A stretch of 64,000 bases of DNA from Pseudomonadota bacterium (GTDB taxonomy: Bacteria; Pseudomonadota; Gammaproteobacteria; Steroidobacterales; JBCBZW01), in assembly GCA_039193195.1 (NCBI GenBank), contig JBCCWS010000005.1, positions 154,637 to 218,636 on the forward strand. Direction: 5' to 3'. The position numbers and the translations under genes are program-made. Positions 9,573 through 19,320 of the stretch are shown in pieces. The stretch's first letter is position 1. Every line of letters begins with the position of its first letter. Below the pieces are notes generated by a model. It worked only from the letters and a program-made list of their open reading frames with translations, was not told the DNA's origin and made no database searches.

Positions 9573-10046
9573 GTGAAGGCGCAGAGTCAGGCGCAGGTTT
9601 GGAGCGGCCTTAGGCGCGAGGCCAAGTGGGCAGGCGCGATCTCCCTACTCTTGGCGCCCCTCGTATTCGTCATGTTCGCCACCCAGCTCGGCACGCGCGA
9701 TGACCTGCGCTACGTGCGGGGCGAGCTCGGCGTCGTGGAGCGCTCGGGGCGTTGGGTTCAGTTCGTACTGGATGAGAAGCCTCCGCCCGTTCGCTACTCC
9801 GCGCGCTTGGGTCGAAGCCGCGTGCTGGTCGATCAGCTCCTGGCCTCGAAAGGGGCGATCGCCTGCCTGGTCGATGAGCGCAACTACGCGTGGGAGCTGA
9901 CGATCGACGGCGAGCTATTCGTGTCCTTCGAGTACGCGCAAGCTCGCCTGCGCGGGGATCGCATGATCGGTTGGTCGCTCGCAACCGTGCTGGTGTTGGC
10001 GGGGGGTGTGCTGCTCTGGTACTCGCGGCGGTTGCCGGTGCCGTGA
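9573..10046 (+). CDS. Hypothetical membrane protein (two predicted TM helices)
   Basis: ORF 9432..10046(+). Hydrophobic segments 'AGAISLLLAPLVFVMFATQL' and 'IGWSLATVLVLAGGVLLWY'. The start is uncertain (TTG 9432 or GTG 9573). I recognise no family. Confidence 0.4.
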   Translation: MKAQSQAQVWSGLRREAKWAGAISLLLAPLVFVMFATQLGTRDDLRYVRGELGVVERSGRWVQFVLDEKPPPVRYSARLGRSRVLVDQLLASKGAIACLVDERNYAWELTIDGELFVSFEYAQARLRGDRMIGWSLATVLVLAGGVLLWYSRRLPVP

Positions 10047-10081
10047 AGCCTGCTAGGGCATGGGTGCGCTCAGCTGGCTAA

Positions 10082-10103
10082 CGCCCGCTCCTAGGTGCGG
10101 GCG
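10082..10103. terminator. GC hairpin between convergent genes (possible bidirectional terminator)
   Basis: Stem 'cgcccgc' (10082-10088), loop 'tcctaggt', stem 'gcgggcg' (10097-10103). It lies between the stop of 9573..10046(+) and the stop of the GT4 gene, which it overlaps. There is no U-tract, so the call is weak. Confidence 0.3.
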
Positions 10104-11281
10104 GTCCTCTCGCCGGCGAGGATAGCGCGGAACAGGTCGAGCTGGCCGGCGGTCGTGTCATCCCAGGAGAATCGCTCAGCGTAGGCGCGCGTTTGTGCTC
10201 GCTCGGGGGGATCTGCCAGCAGTTCGCGCACGGTCTGCGCGATGGAGTCCCCGCTGCGTTCGGGAATCAGCCGGCCAGCCGCCGCTTCGGCCACCACCTC
10301 GGGCGTGCCCCAGATGGAGGTTGCCGCCACCGGCGTGCCGCAAGCCATCGCTTCTAGTAACACGTTCGCCCAGCCCTCACGCGAGGAGGCGAGGATCAAC
10401 GCGTCCGCGGCAGCGTAGAGCCTGCGCAGCTCATCGTGCGCCACGCGACCCAGGAATTGGGTTCGGTCTGCTACGCCCAAGGCCCTCGCCTGCGCTTCCA
10501 GGCGACTGCGCTCCGGGCCATCCCCGGCGAGCAGCAGGGTCATGTCGGGCAGCTCGGGCATGGCCTCGAGCACCAGGTGGTTGCCCTTGCGCTCGATCAG
10601 GTGCCCCACTGTGAGCAGAACCTTGCCCGCCACCCCGAGTTCCTGCCGCGCGCCATCGCGATCGTCGACCGGTTGAAACTGGGACAGATCGACGCCGTTG
10701 CGCAGGGTGTGCACGTGATCGGCGGACACGCCTAGCTCCACCAGACTATCGTTGAGTGCCTGGCACACGGTGATGCAGGCCGACGCCGAGTTGGCGGTCC
10801 AGCGGATCATCCTGCGCGGCAGGGTGTATCGGGGGATCAAGGAGATGTCCGTGCCGCGGGCAGTCACCACGAAGGGCTTGCCCAGGGCCCTTGCCAGCAT
10901 GGCGATAGCGACCCCGTCGGGGTAGAAGTAGTGCCCGTCGATGAGATCGAACTCGAGCCCCTCTCGCATCAGCTTGCGTACGTGCTTGGCGAGGCTCCAA
11001 TACATGAATAGGGGCGCTGAGTGCATGCCCACCTTGGGCAGCAAGGCGTAGCGCGGGTGGGTGATCCTCACTCCGTGGCGCGTCTCCGCGGCCATGACCC
11101 GGGCGTGGGCGGCGTAGGTACCGAAGCGTGGATGAGTGCTCGGGAACCACGGAACCGGTGCCACGACCCTCGCCTCCACCTCGCCGCTCGTCAGCATGTG
11201 GCGCAAGCGGTTCTCCACGAACACACCGTGCGAGGGCTGCTCGTTGTTCGGGTACAGGGTGGAGATGGTCAGGAGCTTCAT
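10091..11281 (-). CDS. Glycosyltransferase family 4 (GT-B fold)
   Basis: 'MKLLTISTLYPNNEQPSHGVFVENR' N-terminus. C-terminal GT1/GT4 signature region '...LLLAGDGPERSRLEAQARALGV...ILASSREGWANVLLEAMACGTPVAAT'. 396 aa. Confidence 0.85.
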   Translation of the reverse strand: MKLLTISTLYPNNEQPSHGVFVENRLRHMLTSGEVEARVVAPVPWFPSTHPRFGTYAAHARVMAAETRHGVRITHPRYALLPKVGMHSAPLFMYWSLAKHVRKLMREGLEFDLIDGHYFYPDGVAIAMLARALGKPFVVTARGTDISLIPRYTLPRRMIRWTANSASACITVCQALNDSLVELGVSADHVHTLRNGVDLSQFQPVDDRDGARQELGVAGKVLLTVGHLIERKGNHLVLEAMPELPDMTLLLAGDGPERSRLEAQARALGVADRTQFLGRVAHDELRRLYAAADALILASSREGWANVLLEAMACGTPVAATSIWGTPEVVAEAAAGRLIPERSGDSIAQTVRELLADPPERAQTRAYAERFSWDDTTAGQLDLFRAILAGERTART

Positions 11282-11470
11282 GGTCGCCGGACGCTACACG
11301 AGCGATCCCAGAATTGCGACTGACTGGGTAGCCTGCGCGCAAGTACTCCCATGTGTGGGCGAGCAGATCTGCAGCGCGCTGGCGAGGGTGCGTCAGGCCG
11401 TTTCTCAGGTCCAGGCTCAGGCAGTAGCATAGGTGCAGCGACCAACCTCCTCATCGCGCGGTAAACGACT

Positions 11471-12589
11471 ATGCACATCGAACCCTTCGGCGTAGAAATC
11501 TGGATGAACGAGTGGGAGACGAAGTGCGCGTTGAACCTCGCCGAAACGTGCGTCGAGAGCATGACTATCGGGCAGCTGCTCCAGCTCGTGGGGCAGGGCG
11601 AGGGGGCGCTCAACCCTCTGCTCGATATGAAGATGACCTACGGCGCCATCGAGGGATCTGAGCGCCTTCGCGAGGCGATCGCCGGGCTCTACACCAGCCA
11701 GCAGGCGCGCAACGTCGTCATCACTCACGGCACGATCGGCGCCAACATGCTGGTGCACCGAGCCCTGGTGGAGGCGGGTGACCGGGTGATCGCCGTGGTT
11801 CCCACCTATCAGCAGCACTACTCCATTCCCGCAAGCCTCGGGGCCGAAGTCCACCACCTATGGCTTCGCGAGGCAGATCGCTGGCTACCAGACCTCGATC
11901 GCCTGGGCGAGCTAGCCGCCCCAGGTGCGCGCCTGATCGCCCTGACCAACCCCAACAACCCGACCGGTGCGCTGATTCCTCGCGAGATGCTGGAGGAGAT
12001 CGCAGCCATCGCCCGCAAGGCGGGCGCCTGGGTGCTGTGCGATGAGGTGTATCGGGGCACGGACCAGGAAGGAGAGGGCGCGACCGCGTCGATGGCCGAC
12101 CTCTACGAGCGGGGGATTTCCACCGGTGGCATGTCGAAGGCGTTCTCTCTCGCCGGCTTACGCTTGGGTTGGGTGACGGCACCGTCGCAAGTGCTTGAGG
12201 CGGTGATGATTCACCGCGACTACGACACGATCAGCGTGAGCATGATCGATGACTACTTTGCCACCCTAGCGGTGGAGCACCACGCCCAGGTGCTCGGCCG
12301 CTCGCGCGCCATCACCCGCGGAAATTTGGCCGTGCTGGCGGACTGGCTCGACGGTCAAGCTAGCCTGTCCTGGGTGCGCCCGTCGTCCGGCACCACGGCG
12401 CTAGTCAAAGTGGATACGGACAAGTCGTCCCGTGACTTCTGCATTGAGCTTCTCGAGGACACCGGCGTCATGCTTACGCCCGGGTCGGCCCTCGCCATGG
12501 AAGGCTACCTGCGCTTCGGCTACGCCAACGGGCAGCAGATTCTGCGCGAGGGGCTCGAGCGCCTGAGTGGCTTTCTCGCGCGCACTTAG
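11471..12589 (+). CDS. PLP-dependent aminotransferase, class I/II
   Basis: 'NLAETCVESM', 'NPNNPTGALI', 'DEVYRG', and the Schiff-base lysine context 'GGMSKAFSLAGLRLGW'. 372 aa. Confidence 0.85.
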   Translation: MHIEPFGVEIWMNEWETKCALNLAETCVESMTIGQLLQLVGQGEGALNPLLDMKMTYGAIEGSERLREAIAGLYTSQQARNVVITHGTIGANMLVHRALVEAGDRVIAVVPTYQQHYSIPASLGAEVHHLWLREADRWLPDLDRLGELAAPGARLIALTNPNNPTGALIPREMLEEIAAIARKAGAWVLCDEVYRGTDQEGEGATASMADLYERGISTGGMSKAFSLAGLRLGWVTAPSQVLEAVMIHRDYDTISVSMIDDYFATLAVEHHAQVLGRSRAITRGNLAVLADWLDGQASLSWVRPSSGTTALVKVDTDKSSRDFCIELLEDTGVMLTPGSALAMEGYLRFGYANGQQILREGLERLSGFLART

Positions 12590-12685
12590 GCCTAGGAGGA
12601 CGCTTCTCGCCCGCCCACGCTGCGAGATATGCACGTGAGAACTTTGCCGCAAGCTCCTCGCATACCCATCTGTGCGGAGAAGCGC

Positions 12686-14062
12686 ATGACCCACCGTCTC
12701 CTGCTGGCCGTGCTGCTCGGTGTGCTGGCGACCATAGCGGCGATCTCGACGGCAACTCCCTCGCCGCAAGGCGAGTCGAACGCCCCATCGGCCGTCGGCA
12801 CCTACCTGGAGGTGCTCACGCGTTTCACGCCGCAAGACACGCACGCCTACCTCGACGATCTCGAGCAGGTTTGGCACCCAGGCTACACGCCGATTCTGCT
12901 GGAGCTCGCCCGTTTCGCTAATGGCCGCGTCGCCGCCGTGATTTTCGAGCGCCTGGCGCAACGCTCTGGCGAGAACTTCGGCTACGATATGAACGGCTGG
13001 TACCAATGGTGGTGGAACGCGCCGGATGGGGGCGAGCTTACGGCCGACTACGCCGACTTCAAGGCAGAGTTGTACCGGCATATCGACCCTAAGTTTCGCA
13101 CCTACTTCCGCGGTCGCCAGGACACGGCGCGCATTCGCCTCGACGAGATCCGCTGGGGCGGCGTCGTGCAGGATGGGATCCCACCGCTGCGCGACCCGCA
13201 GATGGTGGCGGCGGCGGATGCGACCTACCTCGACGCGGACAACATCGTGTTCGGCATCGAGATCAACGGCGATGCGCGCGCTTACCCAAAGCGGATCTTA
13301 GCTTGGCACGAGATGTTCACGGACACGGTGGGCGGCGTGGACGTAGCGGGTGTCTACTGCACGCTCTGCGGCACGGTGATTCCCTACAAGACCGCGGGCC
13401 ATCGCCTGGGGACTTCCGGCTTCCTGTACCGATCCAACAAGCTCATGTACGACCAGGCCACCCAGTCTCTCTGGAACACGATCCTGGGCGAGCCGGTCCT
13501 GGGGCCGCTCGTGGGCAAGGGCATCAAGCTGGAGCACCTCTCGGTGGTGACGACGACCTGGGGCGCGTGGCAGGCCCGTCATCCGGACACCAGCGTGCTG
13601 TCGCTGGACACGGGGCATAGGCGCGACTACGCGGAGGGCGCTGCGTACCGACAATACTTCGGCACGGATGTGCTGATGTTCAACACACCTTTCGCTGACG
13701 ATCGCTTGCAGAATAAGCAGGAAGTGCTCGCGCTGCGACTCCCTGGTGCGCCCGATGATCAGCTGGCGATCGACACGGCGTACCTTCGCCAGCATCCGAT
13801 CTACACGGATCGGGTGGGCTTTCAGGACGTCCTCGTGTTCACGGACCACTCGGGCGCCAACCGAGTCTACAACCCGCAGGATGTGTCGTTCGTGGCCTAC
13901 GATGGTGACCGCATTGCCACCGACTCGACAGGTGTTGCTTGGCGAGTGGAGGAGGAGCAGCTACTGTCGCAAGACGGACGGACGCTCGATCGCTTGCCCT
14001 ATCATCGAGCGTTCTGGTTCGGTTGGCATGCCACCTTCCCGCAAACTAGGCTCGTGCGCTGA
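12686..14062 (+). CDS. DUF3179-domain secreted protein
   Basis: ORF 12629..14062(+). The start is set at the ATG at 12686 (signal-like 'MTHRLLLAVLLGVLATIAAIS'). DUF3179-type blocks: 'DGIPPLRDPQM', 'VFGIEINGDARAYP', 'LAWHEMFTDTVGG', 'YCTLCGT', 'SGFLYRSNKLMYDQATQSLW'. Confidence 0.75.
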   Translation: MTHRLLLAVLLGVLATIAAISTATPSPQGESNAPSAVGTYLEVLTRFTPQDTHAYLDDLEQVWHPGYTPILLELARFANGRVAAVIFERLAQRSGENFGYDMNGWYQWWWNAPDGGELTADYADFKAELYRHIDPKFRTYFRGRQDTARIRLDEIRWGGVVQDGIPPLRDPQMVAAADATYLDADNIVFGIEINGDARAYPKRILAWHEMFTDTVGGVDVAGVYCTLCGTVIPYKTAGHRLGTSGFLYRSNKLMYDQATQSLWNTILGEPVLGPLVGKGIKLEHLSVVTTTWGAWQARHPDTSVLSLDTGHRRDYAEGAAYRQYFGTDVLMFNTPFADDRLQNKQEVLALRLPGAPDDQLAIDTAYLRQHPIYTDRVGFQDVLVFTDHSGANRVYNPQDVSFVAYDGDRIATDSTGVAWRVEEEQLLSQDGRTLDRLPYHRAFWFGWHATFPQTRLVR

Positions 14063-14073
14063 GTGGAGCATCC

Positions 14074-16434
14074 TCAGCCGGCGGTGGAGAAGGGGCGGGC
14101 GTCTCGCCGCCGCTCCTGCAGATCGATTGGTTCGAAGGCATCGGCCCATCGTTCGAAGTCTTGGCGGGGTACGGGCTTGCTGAAGAAATAGCCTTGGACG
14201 TAGTCGCAGTCGAGGCCGGCTAGTGTTCTCACGCTGTATTCATCTTCCACGCCCTCGGCCACGACGAGCAGATTCATGCTATGCGCAAGGTCGATGGTCG
14301 TTCGGACGATCAGCTCATCCTGTGGATTGCTGGCGAGCTCTCGGACGAAGGCTTGGTCGATCTTCAGCTCATCCAGCGGCAGGGCTTTCAGGTGCGCTAG
14401 GGACGAGTGCCCAGTGCCGAAGTCATCGATGGCGACATGCACGGACAAGGCTTGCAATGCTTGCAGCACGGTGCGGGCAAGGGTGATGTCCTCCATTACC
14501 GAACTCTCGGTGACTTCGAGCGCTAGGGCGCTGCCATCGACGCCGTGTTCACGCAGGGTCGAGGCGACGAACTCTGGGAGACCTTCGGTCACATCTTGAG
14601 TGGATAGATTGACCGCCACGCGAAGGTGCGGATACGGACGTTTCCATTCGGCGAGATCGGCGATCACCGCCTCGATCATATAGCGCGTTAGGTGAACGAT
14701 TGCGCCTGATTCTTCCGCCGCGCCGATGAACTCGTCGGGTGCCAGGAAGCCGAGCGTCGGGTGGATCCAGCGGGCGAGTGCTTCGGCGCCACCGAGGGCT
14801 CCTTTGCGCAGGTCGATCTTCGGTTGGTAGTAGACCTGAATCTCCCCTTGCGCAAGTGCTCGCGGCAGGTCGTTGATCACCTGCAGGCGTCGGGTGAAGT
14901 GATCCTGGCGTCCGCAGCGATACTCGCTCACCGATTTGTTCGACGTCAGTGCATCAGCTCGCGCCACCAAAGCGCTGCGGAGCAGGGTGTCGGCGTCCTC
15001 GCCGTGCGAGGGAAATGCGGCCACACCTATGTGCGCATGCATGGGCATCTGCGTCGCCTCGAACGGCACGCCAGCGCCCAATCGCTGGTCTAGCGCCGTC
15101 GCCACTGCGGTGGCCGTCGTCACATCTGCGCCCGGGAGTAGGAGCGCGAACTCATCGGTGCCCGTGTGAGCGACGAAGGAGTCTTCCGGCGCATAGGCTT
15201 GCAACAGCTTGGCCGTGTTGCAAAGGAGAGTATTGGCGTGGGTTTGGCCGAGACTGGACGCGATGTTGTCCATCCGCGCCAGAGTGACCGACAGCAGCCC
15301 ACAGCCCGCTGAAGGATCGGTCGTGAAGGTGTTGATCGCCTCCAGGAGGCCGCGTTGGTTGGGCAGATCCGTGAGCGGGTCGTGGGTGGCGTGGTGGCGG
15401 ATCTGTGCCTCGCGGTCCGCGATGGCGCTCTGCATGCGAGAGAAGCTGCTGGCGAGCCGTGCCAGTTCGTCATCGGAACGAACGTGCAGCGTCGCCTCGT
15501 AGTCGCCTCTGGCGACCCGTTCCGCCGCCGTGGTGAGCGACGAAAGGCGTCCCGAGAAGGTGGATGCGAGCCACGCGCTAACGAGTGCTACCAGGCCCAG
15601 CAGTCCAAATCCCACGCTCAGCAGCGTGCGCTCCGCGGAGTGGTAGGGTGCCATTGCTCGTGCCGTTTGCTGGTACAGCAAGAGCGTAGCGTCGGCCTGC
15701 CCGGCGACGAGGGGCAGGCTGGCCACCAGCGTGCGATCGCGCCCCTCGCCAACGACCTTGACCATGCTGGCGGTATCGCTCGGTGCAGCAATACGTAGGA
15801 TGGCTCGGGGAACGATGTCATCGATCGTGCTCGCTGCAATTGAGCGATATTCAGCGCCTGCCGCTTGCGCCACGGTCACGTTCACGCCTGTCAGCGACTG
15901 CAGTTTGTCGGTCAGGCGTTGATCGATGCGAAACCCGAAGGTTAGATGGCCGATTGTCGTCGGCGCGCGTACGGGCGCAGCGACAATCTGAAAGCTCGTG
16001 TCGCCTAGCTGCTGTACCGACACGGAGGTCTGCTCGCGTCTGCTAGCGCCTTCGCTGATCACTGGCATCAGCGCCTCACGAGTGCTGACGGGCGTGCCCT
16101 GATCTAAGGCGATGAAGGCCCCGAAGTCGGCGCCGATTCGCTGGGCGTGGTTGTCGAGCGCGGAGCGTATGGAGGGGGCGTCGGCGGTGGCCAACACCTC
16201 TCGCAGGGCGAAGTCCGACGAAAGCACTTCTACGGTTCGAGAGATATCGCTCTGACGTGAGCGCAGGAACTGTCCGACCACTTCGCCACCCACGCCAAGA
16301 TCGCGCTTAGCGTCGGCAAGCACCTCTCGCTCTGCGGTGCTCGTAACCAGGAACATTGTGATGGTCTGCGCCATCGCCAGAGGAGCGATGGTCAACAGCA
16401 GGAGCTTCTGCAGAAAACTCAGACGCCAGGGCAT
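14074..16434 (-). CDS. Membrane sensor with periplasmic domain, HAMP, degenerate GGDEF (GTDEF) and EAL
   Basis: ORF 14074..16545(-). The start is at the ATG at 16434 ('MPWRLSFLQKLLLLTIAPLAMA'). A second TM is followed by a HAMP-like 'RVARGDYEATLHVRSDDELARLASSF'. The GGDEF position reads 'HTGTDEFALLL'. The EAL set is intact ('EALARWIHP', 'DDFGTGHSS', 'AEGVED'). Confidence 0.85.
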   Translation of the reverse strand: MPWRLSFLQKLLLLTIAPLAMAQTITMFLVTSTAEREVLADAKRDLGVGGEVVGQFLRSRQSDISRTVEVLSSDFALREVLATADAPSIRSALDNHAQRIGADFGAFIALDQGTPVSTREALMPVISEGASRREQTSVSVQQLGDTSFQIVAAPVRAPTTIGHLTFGFRIDQRLTDKLQSLTGVNVTVAQAAGAEYRSIAASTIDDIVPRAILRIAAPSDTASMVKVVGEGRDRTLVASLPLVAGQADATLLLYQQTARAMAPYHSAERTLLSVGFGLLGLVALVSAWLASTFSGRLSSLTTAAERVARGDYEATLHVRSDDELARLASSFSRMQSAIADREAQIRHHATHDPLTDLPNQRGLLEAINTFTTDPSAGCGLLSVTLARMDNIASSLGQTHANTLLCNTAKLLQAYAPEDSFVAHTGTDEFALLLPGADVTTATAVATALDQRLGAGVPFEATQMPMHAHIGVAAFPSHGEDADTLLRSALVARADALTSNKSVSEYRCGRQDHFTRRLQVINDLPRALAQGEIQVYYQPKIDLRKGALGGAEALARWIHPTLGFLAPDEFIGAAEESGAIVHLTRYMIEAVIADLAEWKRPYPHLRVAVNLSTQDVTEGLPEFVASTLREHGVDGSALALEVTESSVMEDITLARTVLQALQALSVHVAIDDFGTGHSSLAHLKALPLDELKIDQAFVRELASNPQDELIVRTTIDLAHSMNLLVVAEGVEDEYSVRTLAGLDCDYVQGYFFSKPVPRQDFERWADAFEPIDLQERRRDARPFSTAG

Positions 16435-16641
16435 GAGGGATGTTCCAAGGCTGGGCCGGGCACAAGGGGTAGCCGATCGAGCGCTCGGCGACTCCCAACG
16501 CCTACTGTGCGAGTTGGCGCGTTGACCGGACACGTCCCAGCTCACAGTTTGGTGCTAGCGAGCGACGCGCGCCGGCGATTACCTCAAGGGCGTGGGCGTT
16601 CCCGTCGATAGGGAGGTCGGGAAACTGAGGGAGTGGTGCTA

Positions 16642-17301
16642 ATGGGTGGTAGAGGTCAGCTGCAGATCGGTCCGATCGGCGGGCTGCTGCTGGTGTTGTG
16701 GCCACTTCTCGCCAGCGCTGGGACGCTCAGCGTGACCGTGCTCGATCGACAGGGCAACCCCGTGTCCGACGTTGTGGTCTACGCCCAGCATGCAGCGGCC
16801 GCCGGCAACTCCTCCCAAACGAGATCGGCCATTCTGGATCAGGTAGATCGACGCTTCGATCCTCACGTTCTCGTCGTATCGCGCGGAACGCAGGTGCACT
16901 TTCCGAACAGCGATATCGTCGCCCATCACGTTTACTCCTTTTCGCGCCCGAACCAGTTCAAGCTTCCGCTGTACAAAGGGGCTCCACTGGCGCCAGTGAC
17001 CTTCGAACACGAGGGCCTCGTGACCATCGGTTGCAACATCCACGACGACATGCTGGCCTACATCGTGGTCTTGGATACGGAGGTCTTCGCCAAGACCGAC
17101 GCCCAAGGGCATGCGACCTTGGCCTACGGCGATTGGCAGTTCCCCGCCGAGGTCACGTTTTGGAGTCCAAGATTTCGTGGCGCGAAGGGGTACCTTACAA
17201 AAACGATCGCGAGTGGAGCAGCACTCGAAGTGCGCCTCGACAAAGCGCTCAAACGCCCCCATCGCCAAAGCGCCTGGTCTGCGGGCGACGATGAGTACTG
17301 A
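16642..17301 (+). CDS. Periplasmic cupredoxin-like protein (family often annotated 'methylamine utilization protein')
   Basis: ORF 16633..17301(+). The ATG at 16642 is preceded by GAGGGAG. Signal peptide 'LLVLWPLLASAG'. N-terminal beta-sandwich 'LSVTVLDRQGNPVSDVVVYA'. Candidate type-1-copper ligand pattern 'HHVYSF ... GCNIHDDM' (C-x2-H-x2-M spacing, as in amicyanin). Confidence 0.65.
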   Translation: MGGRGQLQIGPIGGLLLVLWPLLASAGTLSVTVLDRQGNPVSDVVVYAQHAAAAGNSSQTRSAILDQVDRRFDPHVLVVSRGTQVHFPNSDIVAHHVYSFSRPNQFKLPLYKGAPLAPVTFEHEGLVTIGCNIHDDMLAYIVVLDTEVFAKTDAQGHATLAYGDWQFPAEVTFWSPRFRGAKGYLTKTIASGAALEVRLDKALKRPHRQSAWSAGDDEY

Positions 17302-18551
17302 TGCCGAGCGCGCGCTACGCAGCGGTCGGCCTTGTTGTCCTGTGGCTTTCAGGGGTGGCGCTCGGGCAAGGGCGGGGTGATCCCGAGCGCCTGGCCCTAG
17401 GCCTCGATCTGGGCCTGGCGAGCGTGTCCGGTCATCTAGCGTGGACCGATGGCAACGCGGGCAAGCTGCGCCGCTTCAACGGTGATCTGCCCGTCCGCGC
17501 CTTCGCCCAGCTGCGCCAACCGCTTGGCGACACCTTGAGCCTGGTGGCAGCGGCGGAGTTCGGCAACGATGGCACCTCGCGCGAGACGGGCCTAACCCAG
17601 CTGTTCTTGCGTTGGCGACCCGTGCCCCGAAGCCGCGTACGCCATCGGCTCACGGTCGGCGCGTTCTACCCCCGCATCTCCCTGGAGCACTCGCAGGTCG
17701 GCTGGAGCAGCAAGTACTCCCTCAACCCCTCGGCGATCGGCGCCGGGGTGGGGGAGGAGCTGCGCACCGTCGGCGCCGAGTGGCAGTTGAGTACGCGCGT
17801 CAGCGCACTGGGCGGCGAGGGTGTGGTCTCGCTCGCGCCATCTGTCTTCGTCAACAATGATCCGACCGGGGCCTTGATCGCCTGGCGAGGTTGGTCGATC
17901 CACGACCGTCAATCCACCCTGTTCGATCGCCTTCCCCTAGCGCCGCTGCCCCTCACTCAACCGGGGGAGAGATTCGATCGCCAGGCCCCTTACCACGCAC
18001 CGTTCCGCGAAGTGGACGGGCGCCCGGGCGTCTCCCTCGCGGCGGACTACAAGCGCGGCGCGTCCCTTTGGCGCGCAGGCTACTTTGACAATCGCGCCCA
18101 ACCTGAGGCGATCGAGCGCGGTCAGTACGGGTGGCGCACGCGGCTACATCATGTGGGCGTACGGCAGCGCCTACTGGGTAAGTTTGAGCTCTTGGCCCAA
18201 TGGTTGCGTGGCTCCACTCGGATGGGATCACGCATTGACGGGCAACGCCGTGCGGTCGACGCGAAGTTCGCGAGCCAGTACATCCAACTTTCACGCGTCA
18301 CTGCGCAGCAAACGCTGACGGCGCGTATCGAACGCTTTCGGGTGGTCGACCGAGACGCCCTAATGGAGGATGACAACAACGAGCGCGGGCATGGCCTCAC
18401 GCTGGCCTATCGCTGGTCCTTCACGCCGCACACGCATCTGGCAGCAGAATGGCTGCGCATCCGTACCGAACGCCCAGGTTGGGCGTTTACCGGTCTGGCG
18501 AGGCAGCGCAATGAATCGCAGCTGCAGCTGCGGGTGCAGCTGCGCTACTGA
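17301..18551 (+). CDS. Putative outer-membrane beta-barrel protein, translationally coupled to the cupredoxin-like gene
   Basis: The ATG overlaps the upstream TGA (ctgATGcc at 17299-17303). Signal peptide 'AAVGLVVLWLSGVALG'. The sequence alternates amphipathic segments and ends in the aromatic terminus '...LQLRVQLRY', typical of OM barrels. I recognise no family. Confidence 0.55.
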   Translation: MPSARYAAVGLVVLWLSGVALGQGRGDPERLALGLDLGLASVSGHLAWTDGNAGKLRRFNGDLPVRAFAQLRQPLGDTLSLVAAAEFGNDGTSRETGLTQLFLRWRPVPRSRVRHRLTVGAFYPRISLEHSQVGWSSKYSLNPSAIGAGVGEELRTVGAEWQLSTRVSALGGEGVVSLAPSVFVNNDPTGALIAWRGWSIHDRQSTLFDRLPLAPLPLTQPGERFDRQAPYHAPFREVDGRPGVSLAADYKRGASLWRAGYFDNRAQPEAIERGQYGWRTRLHHVGVRQRLLGKFELLAQWLRGSTRMGSRIDGQRRAVDAKFASQYIQLSRVTAQQTLTARIERFRVVDRDALMEDDNNERGHGLTLAYRWSFTPHTHLAAEWLRIRTERPGWAFTGLARQRNESQLQLRVQLRY

Positions 18552-18558
18552 GGCTCTC

Positions 18559-19302
18559 TCAGCCTAAGGTGTTGACGGGCGAGGTGCCGAGCGGTCCGCG
18601 GGGGAGGAGGAGGTAGACGAGTTCGCCCTCGCGCAACACCTGCACATGGATGTACTCCCCGCGCTCACCTTGCACGCTGAGGGCGCGGAGCTCGTGGAGG
18701 TGGAACACGCGTTGACCGTCGTAGTGGGTGACTCGATCACCTCCCTGAAGCCCGGCCGCGACGGCGTCGCTACCTTCGCCGACGGAGCCTACGAGTACCG
18801 AGGTGCTACGCCCGAGGGAGCCTAGGTAACGCTCGTACATCTCATCGCCCAGCTCGGCGCGCAGGGGATTGAGCACTTCCAGACGGAATCCCGCCGGCGA
18901 GGCGAGGAAGGCCTCCCGGCGTCGTTGCCAGGTCTGCATGGCGCGGTCCGCTGAGATCTGCGCCAGCGAGTCATGAATTTGCTCCGCCTCAGCAGCCGCC
19001 AAGGGCGCGGTCTGCGCGCGCGGCGGGACATTGCGCGCTGCGACGGTGCTCAGCTCCGTCGGGGCTTGCGGCGCCGTGTGCTCGGCCAGCGGCCGCAACG
19101 CATTCGCAAGCTGTCGGCGCGCTTCGATTTCCTGCGCGAGATGGTGCTCCATCTCTCGAATCGCATAGCGTTGGGCGTCGAGAGCGCGCGCCAGCGATTC
19201 GAGGCGATCGTTGGCTTGAGCCGCTTCACCTCGCAGGTGGGCGAGGCCAGTAGTGACCAAGATGGATGCGATCGCTGCGGCTAATAGGGTGGTTCTCAAC
19301 AC
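18559..19302 (-). CDS. Membrane-anchored coiled-coil / PDZ-domain protein
   Basis: GTG start. N-terminal TM 'LLAAAIASILVTTGLA'. Coiled-coil-like 'LESLARALDAQRYAIREMEHHLAQEIEARRQL'. C-terminal PDZ-like 'GLQGGDRVTHYDGQRVFHLHELRALSVQGERGEYIHVQVLREGELVYLLLP'. Confidence 0.65.
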   Translation of the reverse strand: MLRTTLLAAAIASILVTTGLAHLRGEAAQANDRLESLARALDAQRYAIREMEHHLAQEIEARRQLANALRPLAEHTAPQAPTELSTVAARNVPPRAQTAPLAAAEAEQIHDSLAQISADRAMQTWQRRREAFLASPAGFRLEVLNPLRAELGDEMYERYLGSLGRSTSVLVGSVGEGSDAVAAGLQGGDRVTHYDGQRVFHLHELRALSVQGERGEYIHVQVLREGELVYLLLPRGPLGTSPVNTLG

Positions 19303-19320
19303 TGCGGTAGCTTCAGATGG

